From contig NC_068982.1 in assembly GCF_001194135.2 (NCBI RefSeq), positions 19,941,521-19,997,258 on the forward strand: a stretch of DNA of 55,738 nt, read 5' to 3'. The position numbers and the translations under genes were made by a program. This stretch comes from Octopus bimaculoides. Its lineage: Eukaryota. A model generated the notes under the pieces. That model did not search any database and was not told the DNA's origin. It was given only the letters and a program-made list of their open reading frames with translations. Shown here one piece after another: positions 49,031 through 55,738 of this stretch (the stretch's first letter is position 1; each line of letters begins with the position of its first letter).

Positions 49031-49519
49031 TAAAAATTATATCAAGGTTTAGAATTCTACACACAATGCACTCAATAGCACTGTTAGGCACATCCTAAGC
49101 TAGAACGTTTCAGTTCAATGTAACTTACAAAAGCTTCACTATTTGTAAAATAGACCAAGCGATGCTTGTTTACTGCTAAGGGATTTGTAAGATGAAACAT
49201 TTATTTTTTTATTCTTCTATTGCAGCCCCAAACCTCAATGTACATAGCATAACATTTGTTAAGAATGCAAAATTTGAATCAAAGTGTTTAAAGAATTATG
49301 TGTTGAATCTTAAAACTACTGGTAACATCTTGTGCATTTTGCGCATTTAATGTGTATCATACTTGATATATAAGGAACTGCGAACGTAGACCCGACATGC
49401 TATGGGAGAGAAAACCAGGCGAGAAAAGGAAAAGAAAAGAGGAAAAAAGTGATAGAGAAGCAGCAGTAGTGAGGTGGAGGGAAAAGTTGAGGTTAAAAGT
49501 GAGTGGAAGAATAAGTATG

Positions 49520-49750
49520 GAATTTCTGATCTAAAAGAAGAAAAAACTGTTTAAATCCGTCGATTTCTACGTGCAGAATTCATTTTGGGAAAACTGGTCG
49601 TCGCCTTGTCAAATGCTTTCTGCAGAACATTCGAAGTACAATACTACGTATGCCAGACCAAAGTGTCACCACAATGCTTCAAAACAACCAACTATTTCGT
49701 TATCGATTTGTTATTGATCAGCATCTATACACACTATAGATCCGCTTAGG
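49520..49750 (-). mobile_element. Very old CR1/L2-like RT remnant
   Basis: The minus strand contains ..LQKAFDK.. (RT motif DLxKAFD) in an otherwise stop-ridden context. Confidence 0.3.
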
Positions 49751-50471
49751 TAAGAAAACAGGAGGAACAATACTTCGTAGTCAAACTTGGAACCATGACA
49801 CCGATGGAATTAAATGGAGGTTTTTTTCTTACTTTAACGCTTATACTTCCTCTTAGTTCCATAATCCCATACTTACTCTTCCACTTCTTTCTCACCTAAT
49901 TCCCCATGCCTTTCTTTCACTTTTTATTTCTCCTTTTACCTTCTCTCTCTCATAGAACACCCTGTCTATGTATGTAGCTCGCATTGCCTTGTATTTTCCA
50001 TCAGTTGCAATTGGTTTATCAAACATCGAGGACGTAAAACTCTGTTGTCGTTCTTTTAGCTCGCTTCCGCCATTTTTATGGTGATGAAGGTAACCGTCCA
50101 AAACGTTAGATACTCTGCGTCCAACGGCAATGACACTACATCCTCTGTCGCTTTTCCTATGTTTAAGATGAGCAGAAACAAATGTCTCGTAACTGTCTTA
50201 TCTTTGTCGTCATATATATAGTAATATATGCATGCCTAACAGAATTGTAGAAAATGTTCGATTTAAGAAACCTAGAAATAGAGGTAACCAAGATGTAAGT
50301 ATTAAAAATATGGAGAATCTCCATAATTATGTGATAATCAGAAATGTATATACAGAAGGTTGCATCATAGAAGGTTGCATATGTACAACTAATGTGCAGG
50401 TGACACACACACACACATACGCACACACACGCACACGCACGCATACACACACACACACACGAACACGCACG

Positions 50472-50521
<50 letters not shown>

Positions 50522-51596
50522 TCCGCAGAACTTACAAAACTTTGGCTCGTCTCGGCAAAGAACATATGAGAGTACGGTCAATAAAACATAGATACAAAAA
50601 AAAAGAAACAAATCAAAACACATCACGTACACAAGGTACGCAAGAGGACGCTATGTTATACAGAAAAAAAGAGAAAAGAACAATGTAAGAATGCTGATAT
50701 AAATAGTAAGGTAATGATACAAACAACAGCAATCGTAAGAAAAAGAAAATAATAATTATTGCTTTTTGTCGATGTTTATGTAGGTAACATCTGCTAGCAC
50801 AATATATGTATTTATATAATCTCAATAGACTATCAACCAAATATATACTGAAGTTATTAAGATGGTATCTATGATCTATTTTATAAACACACGCAATAGT
50901 TATATATGAACTTACATAGATACATAGATACATAAATACATAGATACATACATACATACATATATACATATATACATCCATACATACGTACTTATATGCA
51001 AACATACATACATACATACGTACCTACAAACGTACATATATGCATACATCTTATATACTTATAATATAATTGTGTGAGTGTGTATGTGTATGAGTATGCG
51101 TGTGTATTATGTGAACGTGTGTGTATAATCATGCCTGGAATTTGTTGATGGCATTCGTAAACAACATAATTATTTCTCTTGTGTATACATTTATAATTGG
51201 GTTTTAGAGAGTAAGTCAATTTGAAGTAAATAACTACGACCAACCATAACATTAAAAAATAACTCAACGGATATAAAATGTATCTTCTTCAACGTTTTGA
51301 GTGCGTTCAGTGAAATATCCTCAGTCTTGGTAATATTTGTCAGCTAAATGGTATTTAGTAAACAATGCAGAACTGAACATTGGACCTGGTATTTATATAC
51401 ATCGTCAAAACATGTTCCATCAGAATATATTTATTTAGTCAATTTATTCTTCCGCGTATGGCTGGTAAGCCACGACAAACTGTACTTGATTTTTCTCTTA
51501 TTTTTCTTCATTTACTGAGTTTTTTCTTCATTCTTCATTTATATCATATAATACATCAGATACAAATGAAATAAGAAAAAGTAAACAGGAATGTGA

Positions 51597-51882
<286 letters not shown>

Positions 51883-54800
51883 TGAAGCACAAATGAAGAC
51901 AGCTAAATCTTGCTTTTGCACATTTGAATTATTTTGAATATCCCATGAACTTATTCTTTTATTTATCGCCAGGTGAGGCTGTTTGGGCAGATCTGTGAAC
52001 AAGTAAATTTATACCACAACTGCCCGGTTAAATTCTGGGATACGTATACAGGTTGTAGTATGACTTTCATTTTGAGACACTAAAATGTGACTGTTGTGAA
52101 AAATTGCTGCTTTTTCCAGCAGATCGAGGTGTATAGAAGAGTTTCTTTCTTGCTTCTGGAGATCAGATGTAGAATAATTGAAAATGAGAGTCAATCAGAT
52201 GGAAGATTTAGTTAGATATAATTTTATATCAAACACCCAGTGTTGGCTTTATTAATTAACGGCTTTCATGTATGATAAAGATCTCATTTAATTAAGTTAA
52301 TATAAAGGATTTCAGTCAATCAGTCGAAGAGGGTCGCGATACACATGTCGAGCTAAAGAAGGAGTTCGTACATATCTACTCAGCCTGGAAAAAATTTCAG
52401 CATTTCTCCCTCAAATCACAGCCTTAATTCTGTCATAAATTACAAAGGTCCTACTGGTTAGTGCTGTCGCAGGTACGTTGTGTCTGAAAGCCGGATGAGA
52501 CGATGAAACCAGGAGTGCCTTTGATCATGTGCGTCATTAATCATAAGGTAGGCCGTGTTGAGGCAACCACCATGGCTACACTGCAATAGCCTAAACATCA
52601 CTATCTCACCACCAGCATCACCAGCATCACTAGCATCACCACTATCACCTTCATCACCACCAACTTAATATTTACCGTCTTCTTTACAACAATCCCTTCT
52701 CTGCTCAGAGCAGAACTTTGTTGAAAAGCATTCTCACTCTAAGCGTCCTGCCTATTTTTTATATATATACCTGAAGGACCTTAATATCCAGCATGTGATT
52801 TTTCAAGAGCAACATGGAATTGGTACGAGGGCGATTAGCTACTGTAGTGTGTAGTGTGAACTCGCATGGAGGTTCCAGCTTGAGCTAGTTTCTTAGCACA
52901 TAATTAGTCAGATTTGTGGTGGTGGTAAATGTGAAGACGGCTGTTGTTGTGTTGTTGTAGCGCATTTAGTAGTGTTTGTATGTTCAGGAACACTTCATTT
53001 TGTTTAGGTATCATTGAAGTTTCGATGTGAGTGTAGGTAGAATGTGAAACTGCGCAATCTGGTAGTTAGGATATAATGATCAAGCGTTGTTCTCCGCAGT
53101 CTCGTGATGGCTGCGGAAATTGGTGCATGTGTTTCTCATTGTGTCCACAAGATCTTCGAACACCTTGATCTTGGCTGCCAGCTTGACTTCAGTGTTGCAG
53201 TCAGAACGGTTGGTGTCTTACGTAACCGTGCAACATACATTGCATTACAATTGGGGAATTAAGGCGATCAAAATGTATGGAATGAGCTAAATACCAGGAC
53301 ATCATAGATAGCCCACTGGGTCAAATTTAGGTAACATGAGTTGTTCATAACTAACACCTTTTGCGAAAACATGGTGCATGCTACAAAAACGTACGCCCAC
53401 GGAATGAATGCTTCGGTTGAACAAGTTATCGTTGCGCTACAGGCTTTCTAAAAGACATACTGATAGGAGAATTTAAATAGGGGAATTGAAACGTCCAACT
53501 ACCTTGAAGCTAGTTAATATTTCCTCCATATTACAACGCCGTTATTAGACCTGTTAGTTCTTCAAATTCTGCCGTCTATATTTATCTCGACTGAAATATT
53601 TTTGCAGCTATCGATTGATCAGAAAAAATATCGGTTACCATAAAAATATGAATCACTAAGCTGGCAACTGCTTTTTCGCTATCATATTGACTTGGCTAAC
53701 TAGGTTAATCGAAAGGAAAATATGATCCATTCAAGACTTCGGTGTCATAGCTTCTATTGTTGCCGGCCATTGGGTCATTCATGGTTGATCTGATCAATGA
53801 ATATTGCGTTGCAGTCAAACCCGTTCTGTCTCAAATAGAGCAACAATACAATCCACCATGGCCCTAAGATCTTAGGTGCGATTTAGTGGAGATTCTTACA
53901 AGTCATATATTAGAATTAGATTGCTGGTAGCGTATGTGTTATCTATAGCACTCGCTCTGGAATTAGGCCTGAATCGATAAATGTGTACCAAATACTTTTC
54001 TCTGTAAATATATTTGATTCTTACGGGCCGTTAACTTTTATGTCATTTAGATATAGAATATGCATATAATACATTACCTTTATGGGAGAGAAAGTGTTCA
54101 CCTAACTTTGGATTCTTTCTCAATATTAAAATGCCGATAAAGTTTCTACAGAAAACGCAGGTGCTAGCCAATCATCCTTCTGGCTGTTATTTGTTTGGAT
54201 ACAGAATGATGACATGTAAATTATATTTCAATGCATCTGAAGTGAACAAGTAGGAGGATAAAACTAAATGTTTCGAAATTTTTCTTCGGTGTTATAACAT
54301 TTACTACACTGTGTGAACAGATTAAACCTAGAAATAGGAAAATTAAATAATTTGCCTCAACTGGGACTCGATCTCGCTAAATCTTCTTAATTTCGGATAT
54401 GACTTCGACATTAATTTGTCTACTTTTTCATTTTTGCTTATATATTATCTAATGTTCACAATTCTATTCGTTGACTAGAAGTGTATTGTATCTTTATGCT
54501 GTATATAATATACACAAGAGAGTGGAAACGGTCATGGTTAGAACTATATAATAATAAAAGACTGTTTTAAGAGACCCCTCAGACAAAACAACTTGAAAGC
54601 TAAAATCCTCAAGAGATAGATTAACCTCCGATTCATCTTAAATCAGGCAACCGAGACCATAAGCTCGAATAGTGAATACAGCCAATTCAATAAACGAACG
54701 ATAATAATATTAGGCAGTAGAATAATGCTTTCTTCACAATAGGCTTGTCAGTTGGTCTATTCAGTCGTTGTAGAATCTTCGCTAGATCTGCACACCTTTT

Positions 54801-55738
54801 TTTTTTATAATTGCAATAATTCTAAGTTTAGTCGACAAGTAACTATTCCGTCAGTAAATTCTGCTGCCCAAACAAAACTAATATGAATAACACACTAAAA
54901 CTATTCATCTTAAAATGAGAATAGAGTTATTCGGATTAGAGTGGTGATGAAAATAACAAATACAAAAAAACAAGCAAACAAACAAACAAACAAACAAACG
55001 AAAACCAAACAAAAAATGAGCAGTAACCAACTAAAAATTATATTGTATCAATACAACAGTTCCATTATCACCGAAATAGTACAATCTCTTTTAAACTTAG
55101 CACAAACCTCTGTTCGGGTTATGCTCAAGGGGTGGCTGTGGTTGGAATTTTTGTTTATTCATCGCATCCATTTGCAGTTAACCAATTTTCAGAGATATTT
55201 TAAATAGATGAAAAGAATAGCAAACACATGACATAATTACGGTGATGGCGGCAAGTGTTATAATGTAATTAAAAAGGAGTATACAAAGCTTTTGAAGTAA
55301 AATATACACAAATATGAACGAAAATGGCAAAAGAATATAAAGGAAGAAAGTCATACAGAGAAAACAGTATAAAAGAAATACGTTTCGAATTTCGACACAT
55401 AATATTTGTTCACGAAAATCTAATTATATTAAATAACACCCGTGTTTGAGTTGTTGTTGCATGTGCAACACAAACCGATACACACATACCCAAAGACACA
55501 ACCGTCCTCCATACAAACATATGTATATATGCATATACATATACATACATACATATATATATATATGCATACACACATATATAAATATATATATAACATA
55601 TATATATATATAACATATATTTTATGGATATATTTATACATATAAAATCATTCATACACACATACACATATGAATATAGAAATACACACACAAACTTATA
55701 CACGCATACATTTACACATATATACATATATATATATA

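Noticed and set aside
49956-50089. Plus-strand exon candidate with strong acceptor and AAG|GTAACC donor
   Set aside because: Stops occur in all three frames, and there is no other support.
52484-52515. CTGAAAG...GAAACC hammerhead-like spacing
   Set aside because: Core mismatch, and no stem I or II pairing.

Overview
AT-rich eukaryotic draft-assembly DNA with 12 N-gaps, most of them bordered by (TA)n/(CA)n. No host gene can be supported: the window looks like intergenic DNA or the inside of a very large intron. It is filled with microsatellites and transposon debris: two tRNA-derived SINE families (called A and B here), several restriction-like-endonuclease (RLE; R4/Dong-like) LINE families, RTE LINEs, mariner/Tc1, hAT, a Helentron-type HINE and Penelope-type ends. 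From memory, not a search, the repeat types match an octopus genome. The main leads are: (1) an RLE LINE family whose four copies sit at (CATA)n junctions, alongside other RLE families tied to (TAA)n or (ATT)n, and a SINE that may use one of them as its partner; (2) a minimal Penelope-type hammerhead ribozyme variant, with one copy starting at the predicted cleavage site; (3) a head-to-head palindrome of two tRNA-like units; (4) an RTE ending in three C2H2 fingers. All protein family calls come from motif recognition by eye; no database was queried.
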